A stretch of DNA of 64,000 bases from Felis catus (taxonomy: Eukaryota). Position 1 is the stretch's first letter. Each line of letters begins with the position of its first letter. The stretch is from positions 111,416,001 through 111,480,000 of the forward strand of contig NC_058368.1 in NCBI RefSeq assembly GCF_018350175.1, read 5' to 3'. The position numbers and the translations under genes are program-made. Below, piece after piece: positions 11,461-24,071 of this stretch. The notes under the pieces are model-generated. The model was given only the letters and a program-made list of their open reading frames with translations. It was not told the origin of the DNA and searched no databases.

Positions 11461-12636
11461 TTGAGTTAGAAATTAATGTATTAGGGTAAATTAACTTGAT
11501 GGCAAGTTTTAACACGCAGCACCACCTAGTGGGAGAATGTTGCATTAAATTTGCCATTTCATCTTCGCTTGCTTGTTAGAACCCTTTGGCAGTTTGAAGG
11601 TGTTTAAACAGAGAAATTTAAAATAGCTCGATGATAGAGGAAGATAAGCACTCTGTTTCCTGACCATTAAGGTGAGAAAACAAGTTGAGTGCTGACACCT
11701 AAGTGTGGGCTGAGGCTTACCTGTTCCCAAAGTGCTGATGATTAAAATTGTGGGGTTCAGAGGAATGAATAAACAGACATGATTTGAGTGGCTGCCGCGT
11801 GCTAGGCTCTATGCTGGGTGCCTTCACAATCAAGATTTCTTCCACTTAAGTCTTTAAAAAATGTCGACACGTAGATGTTGTAATACCCTCATCATAGACA
11901 GGAGGATACTAGTATTCAGAAAAGCTAAGTGATTTGTTCAGTATCTCCCAGCTGAACAAAGCTAGGCCTCGAATCCTATGTGTGTTCTCTCCCAAGTGTG
12001 TTCTCTCCAAATCCTATGCTTTTCCCTGTCCTTCTCCCCATCTCCTGCAGAAAAAAAGATTAAGTCCACCACAAAGGGTTCTCTAGAAGGTGTGTCTCCA
12101 GGGGGACCATCTGTGTTATAGATGAAGTGGTTCCATTTCACAGTCCTGGACATGTCCCTCTTCTTGCGCAGACACCTGTGGTGAGCGCAGAGTGCAAACC
12201 ACCGACTTCACTGGAGATGTGCATGGCAGAGAATGTGGACAAAAACAGCTCAGCATGTTCCACTGACTTCAGGTGACTGCTGCATTACCTCCAGCATGGT
12301 TAATAGTTTTCTTTGCAGCTACTCAGTGTGGACACAGAAAATTTAATTTTTTTCCATTATGATCTGACTTGACAACATATTTAGGTGACTAATAAGACTT
12401 TTACATGATCTCCTATAGTGGGTCACTGTAAAACTAATAAATAGATGTTTTGGTTCTTAATAGTAAATGGATTTCATAATAAGTCTTTAAATGTTTGTAT
12501 TTAATTAAGAGCTTAAAATTTTTTTCTCTTTTGTTAGTTGGGGGAAGGATAGCTGACCTAGCAAGGAAGAGAAACAAGAAAATTAGTTCATTAGCAACCG
12601 TTTTTTCTCTTCTTAGAATAAGTTACCTTTAAAAAC

Positions 12637-12846
12637 ATTTTTTAAATGTTTATTTATTTGAGAGAGAGAGAGAGAGACGAAGTATGAGTTGGGGAGGGGT
12701 AGAAAGAGAGGGAGACAGAATCTGAAGCAGGCTCCCGTCTCTGAGCTGTCAGCACAGAGCCTGACACAAAGCTTGAACTCATGATCTGTGAGATCGTGAC
12801 CTGAGCCAAAGTCAGGTGATTAACCGACTGAGCCATCAGGCGCCCC
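12637..12846 (-). mobile_element. Can-SINE with TSD tagaataagttacctt
   Basis: Reverse-complement SINEC with a 16-nt direct repeat on both sides. Confidence 0.93.
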
Positions 12847-13957
12847 TAGAATAAGTTACCTTAAAGTAAGTTTGTTTACTTTGCCATCTTAATCACATCA
12901 ATGTCAGTGATAAAAAATTTCAGGATTTCTGAAAGTGGGCTCAACTCAGCCCCCAATTGCCATTTGATGAGGAGTCCTTGTATTAGTTTTGTCTTTCTGG
13001 GTGACATTGCCTCTCTCACCTGAGCCATCAGTAGCCCTGCAGATAGGTAAGGTAGGAGGTATTGGTAGGCATTTATGGTGGAATGAGAAGTAAGGTCCTC
13101 TGACTTGCCACTAGAGTGTCCTTCTCTTCTTTCTCTGGCCATGATGTTTAGAGTTCTTTCAATGAAAAAACAGATAGCATGGGAAGTGTGAGCCTGTTAA
13201 CCAACAGAACTCTGGTTCTGTGAATTTCATCACCAGGGTGAGTAGGACCAAACTGGACACTGCTCTGGCCAGACTGGAGGGATTTTTTATTGGTGCCCTG
13301 AAAAAACTCACTCTGCTTAGGCTAGGGCTTTTTACCTATAATCCAGAGGATCTATGGACTCCCAGAAGTTATTATCCAAAATCCTGTGTTAAGTGTGCAT
13401 TTATTTTTTTCCCCTCTGGAGGTTAGTTTTTCATCAGATCTGAAAGGGGATAGTGACCCCAGAGAGCTAAGACCCATGTGAGTAAGCAGTGAAGGCTGCT
13501 ACTAATGTGACATGGGACCATCCAAAAAGCAGTAGACCTGGAGTTTAGAGCCCTGAGTTCTAATTCTGGACCTGACAATGGACTTGCAGGGTTTTCTTGC
13601 ATGGATGTGCTTACCGAGTTTCCCACATCCTCGAATGCTGGCCATCCGTAATGGTCATTGGTAAGACGACCAGTGGTTAATGGTTAATGGTTGTATCTGT
13701 AATAAACCAGAGACACAATTGTGAGGTTTGAGGCAACAAAAAGGTGTGGTGAGACAACATTCTATGGAGACAGCTGATTTTATATATAGTTAGCCCTGTT
13801 TTTGTCTATTTTTTAGAACAGAGGAGCCAAAGGTGGTTACAAATTGTTGCCTTTACGATTTGCTTTCCTATATCTCTCCATAAGGTAAAGAGCTTTGAGT
13901 TTATTGTAGTTAAACTGAACCTCTACATTTCAGATATTAAATGTGTTCTTTTCATAG

Positions 13958-14089
13958 GCTGCAGATGTTCATTGTTTGACTGCAGAGGAGAGGAACCAAG
14001 TTATACATGACCTTAAAGCAGCAGGATGGTCAGAATTAAATGAGAGAGATGCCATCTACAAAGAGTTCTCCTTCAAAAATTTTAATCAG
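13958..14089 (+). CDS. PCBD2: PCBD2 exon 2 ([44 protein letters not shown])
   Basis: Acceptor gttcttttcatag|GCT and donor CAG|gtaata; 132 nt. Typical pterin-4a-carbinolamine dehydratase segment (GW...[13 protein letters not shown]). Confidence 0.96.
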
Positions 14090-14384
14090 GTAATAATTAC
14101 ATATTCTTGCTAGTGCCGTCGTCTGTTTGTGTCACCTTAGGCTGTGACTTTTTTTTTTTTTTTATAATCCTACTGGTTTTGGGGTCCCATGTGGATCCAG
14201 GGTCCAAATCCTCTCTTCCTCAAGAATTCAATGGCAGTTGCTCTGTCCTTGTTGACAGGTGCTATCATCTAACCAGGTGATTCTCAGATGTATGGGAAGG
14301 GAATTGTTTTTGTCATTTGGAAAATCAGATTCTGAAACCATTGTGTTGGTGTTGATTAGGATATATAGTTTCCTTTCATATTCT

Positions 14385-15025
14385 TTTTATTTAAAAAAAT
14401 TTTTTAAAAGTTTTTAAAATTTACACCCAAATTAGTTAGCATATAGTGCAACAATGATTTCAGGAGTAGATTCCTTAGTGCCCCTTACCCATTTAGCCCA
14501 TCCCCTCTCCCAAAACCCCTCCAGTAACCCTCTCTTTGTTCTCCATGTTTATGAGTCTCTTCTGTTTTGTTCCCTTCCCTGTTTTTATATTATTTTTGTT
14601 TTCTTTCCCTTATGTTCATCTGTTTTGTCTCTTAAAGACCTCATGTGAGTGAAGTCATATGATTTTTGTCTTTCTTTGACTAATTTCACTTAGCATAATA
14701 CTTTCCAGTTCCATCCACATAGTTGCAAATGGCAAGATTTCATTCTTTTTGATTGCTGAGTAATACTCCATTGTATAGATATACCACATCTTCCTTATCC
14801 ATTCAGCCATCGATGCACATTTGGGCTCTTTCCATCCTTTGGCTGTTGTGGATAGTGCTGCTATAAACACGGGGGTGCATGTGTCCCTTCGAAACAGCAC
14901 ACCTGTATCCCGTCGATAAATGCCTAGTAGTGCAGTTGCTGGGTCATAGGGTAGTTTTATTTTTAGTTTTTTGAGGAACCTCCATACTGTTTTCCAGAGT
15001 GGCTGCACCAGGTTGCATTCCCATC
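14385..15025 (-). mobile_element. 5'-truncated L1 (ORF2 C-terminus + 3' UTR)
   Basis: ORF 14655..15032 translates as the L1 ORF2 C-terminus (VQPLWKTVWRFLKKLKIKLPYDPA...WYIYTMEYYSAIKKNEI). Confidence 0.95.
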
Positions 15026-15061
15026 CTTTCAAATTCTAAATAATATTAAAAGGTAGTATGG

Positions 15062-15202
15062 GTGGCACTTGGGTGGCTCAGTCGGTTAAGCGTCTCTTGA
15101 TTTCGGCTCAGGTCATGATTTCACGGTTTGTGAGTTTGAGCCCTGCATCTGGCTCTGTGCTCCCTCTCTCTAAATAAATAAATAAGCTAAAAAAAAAAAA
15201 AA
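15062..15202 (+). mobile_element. Internally deleted Can-SINE
   Basis: SINEC head with shortened body and an aataaa/A tail. Confidence 0.85.
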
Positions 15203-17229
15203 GATAGTGTGAGTTTTTTATGTTTATCAGAAGAGGGCCAGAGTAAAAGCGATTGAGAAACATACACCTGTTTGACTGATTTCCCCTACTTTTCTTGGAC
15301 GCTTGTCAAGTTTTCTTTCTCTCTGTACGTGTATTTCAGTCTCTAAATCAACCCCCAAGCTGCACCCTCTTCTCTGAATGGCTCATTTTCCCCCAGCCCA
15401 AGAGCCAGCCCTTGCAGCTTTTCTTAAAAGCTGACTTCCCCCCTTGGAGACTCAGCCTTAACAAGGTAACTGTTCCATTAGGGCCCCACCCTCTTTAGAG
15501 AGTCATCTCCCATGACTTACCCTGCAGCTTTCACTCCACTGCGTTTATACAAGGTCAGTACTTTTGACTATTTCATGTTTGTTCAGTTAGTTTGGTAATC
15601 CTCTGGACAGATTTATTGTTTTTGTTTATATTAGGTGTCAGCATCTAGAAGGCAGAGACCATGTTTGCTTAAATAACTCTCTATTGTACCTGACACAGTA
15701 CTGGGTACAAACAGGCATTTGATAAATGCAGACATTGATTACAGTGTTTGCTGGTTTCTGGAAGGGTGTGTGAGGACCAGATTTCCACGAACGAAGCCTC
15801 CGACATGTTTTCCTAGTAAATGCTGTTGGCTCCGCTGAGCTCCATGCCCTTTTCTGCTCTCCATCCATCTGGCTGCCAGCCTTCTGCTCTGAGTCTCCAA
15901 CTCCTGAGGAAACCTGGACCACGCCGACTCCCTGTCCCTGCTGCCCCATGTGCTTGACAGCTCTTGTCAGGGGCTTAGCACTCCGTGGCTGGTGGCAGGG
16001 AATCCCCTTGGTACAGTAAGCTCGTGCATAAGCTCTAGGTAGCATTTTCCAGGCTTATTAAAATTCTTACATGTGTACAGCCTGACTTCTTTAAGCCTGG
16101 GCTAATTTATTGGGCTTGAACATGTGGCTTAAAGTACTTGAGTAGTGTTGCCTCAGGCTCTGCCCAGGAGTCAGTGGTCCGGCACACTCTAACCCTGTGC
16201 TTGGGGTGACTTTCAGATATGGGAGGGAAGGGAAGCTGTGCAGGGTGTCCTTGATTAATTGTAACATTATTCATCGGGACATTTTATTTAACTGCCCCCC
16301 CCCCCCCCAATTCACTCAGTTTTTGGGAGAAAGAGGCACATGACAGGAAAATCAGCCCATGTCAGAATGTATTCAGAGAACAAGAGATTATATCCTGGGG
16401 TCAGTTTTCCAGCTAGGTCTCTTATGACTTCTGCATGTACAATGGCCTGTAATTGCAACTGTTGTCATGACACTTGTCGGTGCCCACCAGCCCAGAATCA
16501 CCAGGGACACACCTTGGGCTCCGTTGAGCATGCCGGGCTTATTTTCTTGTTGCAGTGAGGGAGATTGCACACCACAGGGAGCTGTGGAGCATCTCAGGGA
16601 GATGGTGTTGGAAAGATGGTTTAGTCTGATTAGATGCTGTCAGAAATGGGCAGTTCTGTGCTTCAGTATTTGAATACATCTTACCAGTAGGGAGAGTTAG
16701 GCTAAAGTGGGGCCAAAGCTGAGACTGGGAAAGAAATCATTCATTAGCTGGGAGAGGAGGGTGTTTGGTATTTTGTGGTGTGGACAGTGTTCACGTTTTG
16801 TCTGTGTTCACATAACCTTGCAGGGTGGTCTTGTTTTTGTTTGAACCCATCACAGTAGCAGAGTGGCCTTGTCTGGCGTTGATGTTCACGTTTAACCCCA
16901 GCGCCTTGGTGTGAGTGCCAGGCTGGCTCCCGGACATCAGGAGTCGCCTTTCTCTTTTTCACAAGTGATGTTTAGAGTGGTGACCCTCTTGCACTGATAG
17001 ATCCTCATTTACCTTTTATTTAGGGAAGAAAAGATACTGGTTTTTATTAACATAAAACACTAAAATAGGATGTTGTAAATTAAAAAAAAAATCCCATTGT
17101 AACTCCTCTCATCTAGGTTTTCTTCTTTTCTAGTCTTTCTCTGCCAAGAGTTGACTCACATTGTAGAAATTGTTCATGCAGTTAAATTTTAACAATCAGC
17201 TTAATTTTTATTATAAAGGTAATATTTGT

Positions 17230-17770
17230 TAACTCAACAAATATTTATTAAACATCTTCTTTGTGCCAGGCACAATTCTTAGCTCATGTAGCTCCCATTC
17301 TAGTGGAGAAGATATCTACACAAGTAGATAATATCATTTCAGGTAGAGCTAAGTGCCATGAAGAAGCGTAAAGTAGGATACTGGAATGCAGGCTGATGGA
17401 GGAGTGTACGCACTGTTTAAGATGGAGTGGTCTGGTCTGGAGGGCCCTCTTTAGGGAGGGGACATCTGAGGCCTGAATCATGTGAAGGAGCTCAGCCAAA
17501 GCAACAGCATTCCTGAAGGAGAGAAAAGTGAGTACAAAATTCCTGAAGCAGGCATGATCTTGGCCTGACTGAGGAAGTGCCAGAAAGCCAGTGTTCTGGA
17601 GTGAGCAGAAAGGAGAGACTGGTAGGAGATGAGGCTGAGGAGAGGGAGCGGCCAGAGCACTGGAGCCTTGTCTGTATGGTGAGGAGTTTAGATTTTAGTC
17701 TGTGTGGGAAGGCTACTGGGATTTCAAGCAGAGAAGTGCCAAGGTTTGGTTATGTTCTAAGAAGGTTTTA
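17230..17770 (-). mobile_element. L2 fragment
   Basis: actcaacaaatatttatt...tgtgccaggcac end, followed by the characteristic purine-rich L2 body. Confidence 0.75.
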
Positions 17771-20700
17771 AGATGCACATACCCATTGTCTAATCTAGAA
17801 ATTTATCTTCTAGATACTGTGCTCCATGGATGCAAATGGATATATGAGGATGTTGGCCTAGAATATTCTGTTGCGAGTGGGCATTTCCATGTGCCCCAGG
17901 CACACCTTGATGAGATGATGTCTCCCTTGCTCAAGCAGCCCCGCCCTTAGTGAGAGTTCGGGAGGCCTGCTGTGGTCTGTGCCCTCCTGCCAGTGGCAGT
18001 ACCTCCCCATGGCTTCGCCGTATGTCCTCAACTCTGTAAACGGAGTGAGCTGAGGATGATAGTGTTAGATTGGCTCTGGGGGAAGGGGTCAGGCAAGCAT
18101 GGTCCCTCGGTTTTGGTGCAAGGTAGAGCTGCTCTCAGAACTGGTCCCCTCTCTCCCTTAACACAGTTCAGCCCACACTGAGTGTTAGCATATATTTAAA
18201 AAAAACTCTTGGCTGAACATACAGGTAAAATTACATTCTTTTTAATCCTCTTAGTAGGTTACGAACATTTTTCAGGTCTCTGTATAGTCTTTTTACTTAA
18301 ATAAATCTTCAGGAGTAAGGTTACATTAGGTTAGGTGTTACAGTTTTTAAATGGTTTGCTTATGCAGAGTGTGTAAAATGGTGTTACCAGTTTGCTTTAG
18401 AATTCTTTTCTTTTATTACCATAGAAAATGAATCATACGTTTCAGAAAGATTTTTAGTGACCCTGGGTGAAAAACCTATTGCTCAAAGCTTGGGTTATTG
18501 TAGATTTTACCATAGTAATAAGTAGAAAGCAAAATATATTAGAACTTTTTTTTTTTTCTTAGTAGTTTTATTCTAGGATATGATCAGTTCCAAGTAGTCC
18601 ACATTCATGTTAATAGCTGAGGCAGGTGCAAATATTTAGAGACTATAAATGCAGAATACCCAAGGGATTCTAGCTGCGTCGGTGGATGACGTGGCCATAG
18701 GTTTCTGTTGCTGATAGCTGCTGTGCTTCCTTGGGGTGGGTCGCCCCGAGCCGCCGCGTGTTGAGAGTTGGTGGTCAGCGTGACAGGCATGGTGAGACTC
18801 CTTGAGGGGTCAGAGCATAGCAGTGCCAGGACGTGAGGCCGGAAGTTTCCATACTTGGAGTGCTTGGACTCACACAGGGTGGGGTGAGCATTTGTAAGGG
18901 CGTTTTGCCTTTTTTCTGTTCATGTAGACTTAAGGAGGGAGAGGCCTCTAAGTGATAGACAAACTGACTCTTAGGTGTTTGGCAACTGCAGGGGCGACTG
19001 TGTTGAAAGAAGAGAATGTCAGTTAGAAATGCGGGTGTGAGTATCCCGTAAAGGTAAATTTTGTTAGGCGTTGTCGTGTGTGTGGACAAGTCGGTAGCTT
19101 ACAAATGAGGCACAGTTTGAAGCTGTGGAAGTAGGTGCAGGAGGTGAGCCTTTGGAACCCAGGAAACAGCTTCTCCAGAAGCCAGCAGGTGGAGCCCTCC
19201 AGGACTGGCTGGGCAGCACAACCCCCTGGGAGGGCTGTCCCCGTTCTCCCACCCTTGTTCAGTATGGAAAGAAGCTTAGTATCAGGAATAGGTAAGCAGT
19301 GGCAGTGGGACGCCTGGTTTGGTATCTTTTGAGCGAACGGAGAATTCCAGGTGGAGGATCCAAGTGGTTTCCAGTTGACTGGGGAAAGGAACTGAGCTTT
19401 GTGAGAAAGAACTGTGATTCCCTGCGTTCCTGGAGGAGCTCCTGTACCTTGTCTCTTCTTCCTCCAGCGGACCCGCACTCGAAGCATTTGATTTTGTTAG
19501 AACGAATCATATGAACTGGCGGACACTCAGCCAGTTTGACCTACGGAAAATGGCCCTTTTCAGTCTAATGGCGTGTCACAGGTACGGCTTGCAGGCAGGA
19601 TCCAAGCCTCACGTCTTTGACATCTCGTTTATCACATTTGGTTTCTGTGACTGCTGCCATCAAGAGAGTGGGGAGTGGGGAGGGCCACTCCCCTCTGAAT
19701 GGCCTGGGCCGTGAGAGTGGTGGTGCCAGGGAACCCCATTTCGTGCATCCAGCGGCACTAAGCACCATATGTGAGTTTGGGGTTTGTAAAATGTTCCCCT
19801 TCCTGTGCCCCCGAGCTCCTGCCTGCTTGCTCTTGCCATAGAGCACTTGAAAATTACTGTTGCTGAACTTACTTTATAAAAATGTTTTATTGAGGAATTT
19901 GATAATAGGCTCATGGTTAACATTTTGAAACACTTAGTGAAGTCAGAAGCTTGATGATACCAGAACAAAGACAACTCTTAATGAAAATCTTAACAGTTCT
20001 CAGTGGGACAGGACTCTTACCAGTTCTCATTGTGAACAAATTAATTCAGGTTGCGTTGCTCATTATCATAAGCCAGAACCTGGTGCACATCAAAGTTCTG
20101 AGTCAGCACTGCAATAATATAAATGGCACATCTGATGACTCTTGAAGGTGGATACTTGTTCTGCCTGTTGAGAGTAGGGAAACACTCCCAGGAGGATGTT
20201 CCTGAGATTGAGGCATCATGTAGGTTAGAGAGTGTCCTTTGCTTTTAACACAGAGGGTAATATGTTTGTGTCTGGGAGCCAGGTAGAGTGAAAACCTACC
20301 TGCTTACCCCACATAGTAGCTTGTGCTTAACTTGTGCCCACTGAGAGGCTTTGTAGCCACAGCTGACTAGAAACCTGAGGAAGTGTCCTTCATTACCACT
20401 GGAATGGAGAGGAGAGACACATTTCAGCAAACTTTACCTAACATTTGAGGAGCTAATTAAAATATCGGTGTGATATTTCCATGTTAGTGCTCGCTTTGGA
20501 GTTTTTCCTGGGTTTCCAGGGAGCCAGGGGCAGGATGATGCTGATGTTGTCAGGCGGTGGCTGGGACACTAGGGTCGGTCTTCAGGGTAGGGAGATTCGA
20601 GCCTAAGATGGTATCATTTGGAGTCTTGCTTCTGCTGTTTATCTCATAAACTAAGTTTAGACCTGATGTGTATTTGTAAAAACATATGTAATAGACAAGG

Positions 20701-22694
20701 GGAAATGTAAAACAGGTGTCAAAAATGCAAATGTGACACCACAGTGCAGTGTGAAAATGCCGTGCCCACTATACCGCCTTTTAATAAAAATGGACTTTTA
20801 ACTGCATCGTTTTTCTTCGTCGTATAGTAAATCTTCTGTTTACAGAACTTAGCCTGAGTATTTTGTGAAAGTCAAACAGCCAAGAAATATAATTTCCTCA
20901 GCAGTCTTTGTCTTGCCCTTTTACAGATGGCGTAAAATCAGGTGTGTAAAAAATAAAAAGCAGTTAGAGCTGACGTGAAAGGTATTTCAGATTTATGCTT
21001 TGCAGATGATATTGGTATGATTAATGCATTCATTGCTTTTTTTTATTGCTTTTCACAGATAATGTACATGATGCATGGAAAAGGTTGTGGGTTTAAATCT
21101 TTGCCAGCTTTAGACTGTGAATATCAACAGATGTTATCATATAACTACTATAATTATTATAAAATAAAAAATTTTTCATGAAATACATTGACATAAATTT
21201 CATTCATGTAAATTGCTTTCATTAGTATAAAACCTTAGCGTAGCTGTTAGGGTTTGTGAAGCACTTTAGATGAGATTAACTTGGTATAATGTGGTCAGAA
21301 ATGGGTTGCTTTAAATTTAACTGACAAGAAAATAACACTCAAAAGTTAGGAAATTACCGAGGCATTTGTTTTCCGCCTGTGTTACTGGGACCGCTTAAAC
21401 AAGTTGAATATGAATTAATAACAATGGACTGCTGGCTCAATAATTACAGAAAATAATTTAAAGGAGGCCTTAAATAATAACTTCAATGTATTTTGGTCTT
21501 GCTCTGTTCTGTTTCTGTTTTTCTTGAGCATAGCAGCCCATTGAAAACAGTGTTCAGGTTTGCAAAGCAAGAGTTCTGTCAGAGTTTTGGTGCATTAGGG
21601 CTGTGACATAGAAACTTAAATTCAGCTTTTTCAAAAATGGATCTGGGGGTGCGTGAAGGAGTGGCCTTAACAGCTAGTCAGCTCTCCGTAGCAGCAAATA
21701 CAATGGCACACTCCTGTTTCTGTGGCTGGGGGTGTGCTGTGACCACTTGCCCTCTGCCCTCAGGAGGGATTCAGCCCACCAGTGTGGACAGGTGGGTGAG
21801 GGGCCTCTTCCGTGGCTTGAAGCTCTTTGTGTTCTGCTCTTTTTCCTATACCCTCGTAAACAAAACAGACCAGTACATGGTCTCCCATGTTTTGCAGATA
21901 ATTAACCGTCATATTGCCTTGCCCTTCTGATCCAGGTTGGAATGGGCCATTTTAACTAATCCATTGAATTTCACAGAAGGACCCTGGAGCTGACTGAGAT
22001 GGCGGGATTGCTTTTGGTCATACTGGGTCATGTCACAGTGGGTGTCAGCTCACATCTCTGATTCCTACAGCAACATTTCTAGATCCTACTGTGATACAGA
22101 AAGTTGTTTTTGTTTTTACTTTTATTTTTTCCTAGGAGATATCTTTTTTCCAAGGACTACCTGTTGGATTACTTTCTACTTTAAATGGGTTTGACAACAC
22201 TTCCCTGAGAAAGGCACTATTCACCAGCTAAAACAAACAAAGCTGTACTTGTTTAAGAGTAACCCAGGAATCACTGTTGAGCAATCAGAGGTCATTTATT
22301 GTATCGTTAAAGTCAATCCTATCAAAACAGCAAACGCCACTAATGAATCTGTTTGCTCCTATGCTCTCAACCAGCAAGACAGGATTGTGGCCTTCTAGCA
22401 TATCATTCATCAGTTTGATTTGAAATGCCCTGTCCTCAGCCGTTGCGGCCCTGGCTGTGGACACATACTGGGCACTTGGAGCAGACCCAGTCAGGGTCAG
22501 GTAGGGAGCCACATGGTCTTCCCACCAAGAGCCACAGAGCCTACCTGTGGTGGGATCAGTGAATGTAGCCAGGTCTTGAGCTGGCAACCACTGAGGGACT
22601 AGCTCCACTCTGAGCGTGGAAGGACAGTGTAAAAGAAGTACATGATTCCGTTTCTGCCCAGAAGTCCTTCCAATTTTTTTGTGTGTGTGTTTTT

Positions 22695-22772
22695 TTAAGA
22701 TTTTATTTTATTTTTAATTTTTTAAAGTTTATTTATTTTGAGAGATACAGAGACAGTGTTGTGTAGGGGAAG

Positions 22773-22818
<46 letters not shown>

Positions 22819-23522
22819 CCCAAGCAGGCTCTGCACTGTCAGAGCAGAGCCCGATGCAGGACTCAGACTCATGAAACCCTGAGAACACCACCTGAGCCAA
22901 AACCAAGAGTCAGACGCTTAGTCAACTGAGCCACTAGCTGCCCCCCTAAAGATTTTATTTTATATTTTGTATTTTTAAAAATGTTTTAAAATTTATTTTT
23001 GAAGGAGGGAGACAGAGCATGAGTGGGGGAGGAGCAGAGAGAGAGGGAGACACAGAATCAGAAGCAGGCTCCAGGCTCTGAGCTGTCAGCACAGAGCCTG
23101 ACATGGGGCTTGAACTCACGAACCATGAGATCATGACCTGAGCTGAAGTTGGATGCTTAACCAACTGAGCCACCCAGGCGCCCCAATATTTTGTATTTTT
23201 AAATTTTTTTTTATGTTTGTTTATTTTTGAGAGAGAGAGAGACAGAGCATGAGCAGGGGAGGGGCAGAGAGAGAGGGAGACACAGAATCCGAAGCAGGCT
23301 CCAGGCTCTGAACTGACAGCACAGAGCCTGATGTGGGGCTTGAACTCATGGACCGTGAGATCATGACCTGAGCTGAAGTCAGATGCCCAAATGACTGAGC
23401 CACCCAGGCGCCCCTAAAGATTTTATTTTTAAGCAGTCTCTCCACCCATTGTAGGGCTCAAACTCACAACCCTTAGATCAAGAGTTGCATGCTCTAATAA
23501 CTGAGCCAGCCAGCCGCCCAGG
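22695..23522 (-). mobile_element. Cluster of four co-oriented Can-SINEs
   Basis: Four reverse-complement SINEC bodies ending near 22946, 23184, 23414 and 23520, separated by repeated taaagattttatttt / atattttgtatttttaaa target sequences. Confidence 0.92.
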
Positions 23523-23609
23523 ACCTTCCAGTGTTGTTGGGGAGGTGGCACATTTGAATTGTGTGAGACAGCTGATCTTAAATTCTTTTTTTTTAAATCT
23601 TATTTATTT

Positions 23610-23955
23610 TTATTTTTATTATTTATTTATTTTATTTTATTTAAAAAAAAAATTTACATCCAAGTTAGTTAGCATATAGTGCAACAATTAGGGGTAGATT
23701 CCTTAATGCCCCTTACCCATTTAGCTCATCTCCCCTCCCACAACCCCTCCAGCAAACCTCTGTTCTCCATATTTAAGAGTCTCTTCTGTTTTGTCCCCCG
23801 CCCTGTTTTTATATTATTTTTGCTTCCCTTCCCTTGTGTTCATCTGTTCTCTTAAAGTCCTCATATGAGTGAAGTCATATGATATTTTGCTTTCTCTGAC
23901 TGACTAATTTCACTTAGCATAATCCCTTCTAGTTCCATCCACGTAGTTGCAAATT
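23610..23955 (-). mobile_element. L1 3' end fragment
   Basis: Same 3' UTR sequence as the copies at 1550 and 14420. Confidence 0.88.
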
Positions 23956-24071
23956 CTTAATGTTGATCAGGCACTAGAATGTGAAGTACTAATGAACTGA
24001 AGGAGGCATACTCCAGCATGGCTGCCTGGAGAAGGGGAGTTTTGAGTTGGTCCTTAAAAGTCTGATAGGTT

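Noticed and set aside
14655..15032. 125-aa ORF with clear protein-like sequence (also 24648-25150 and 57787-58059)
   Set aside because: Truncated L1 ORF2 C-terminal remnants; not autonomous and not host genes.
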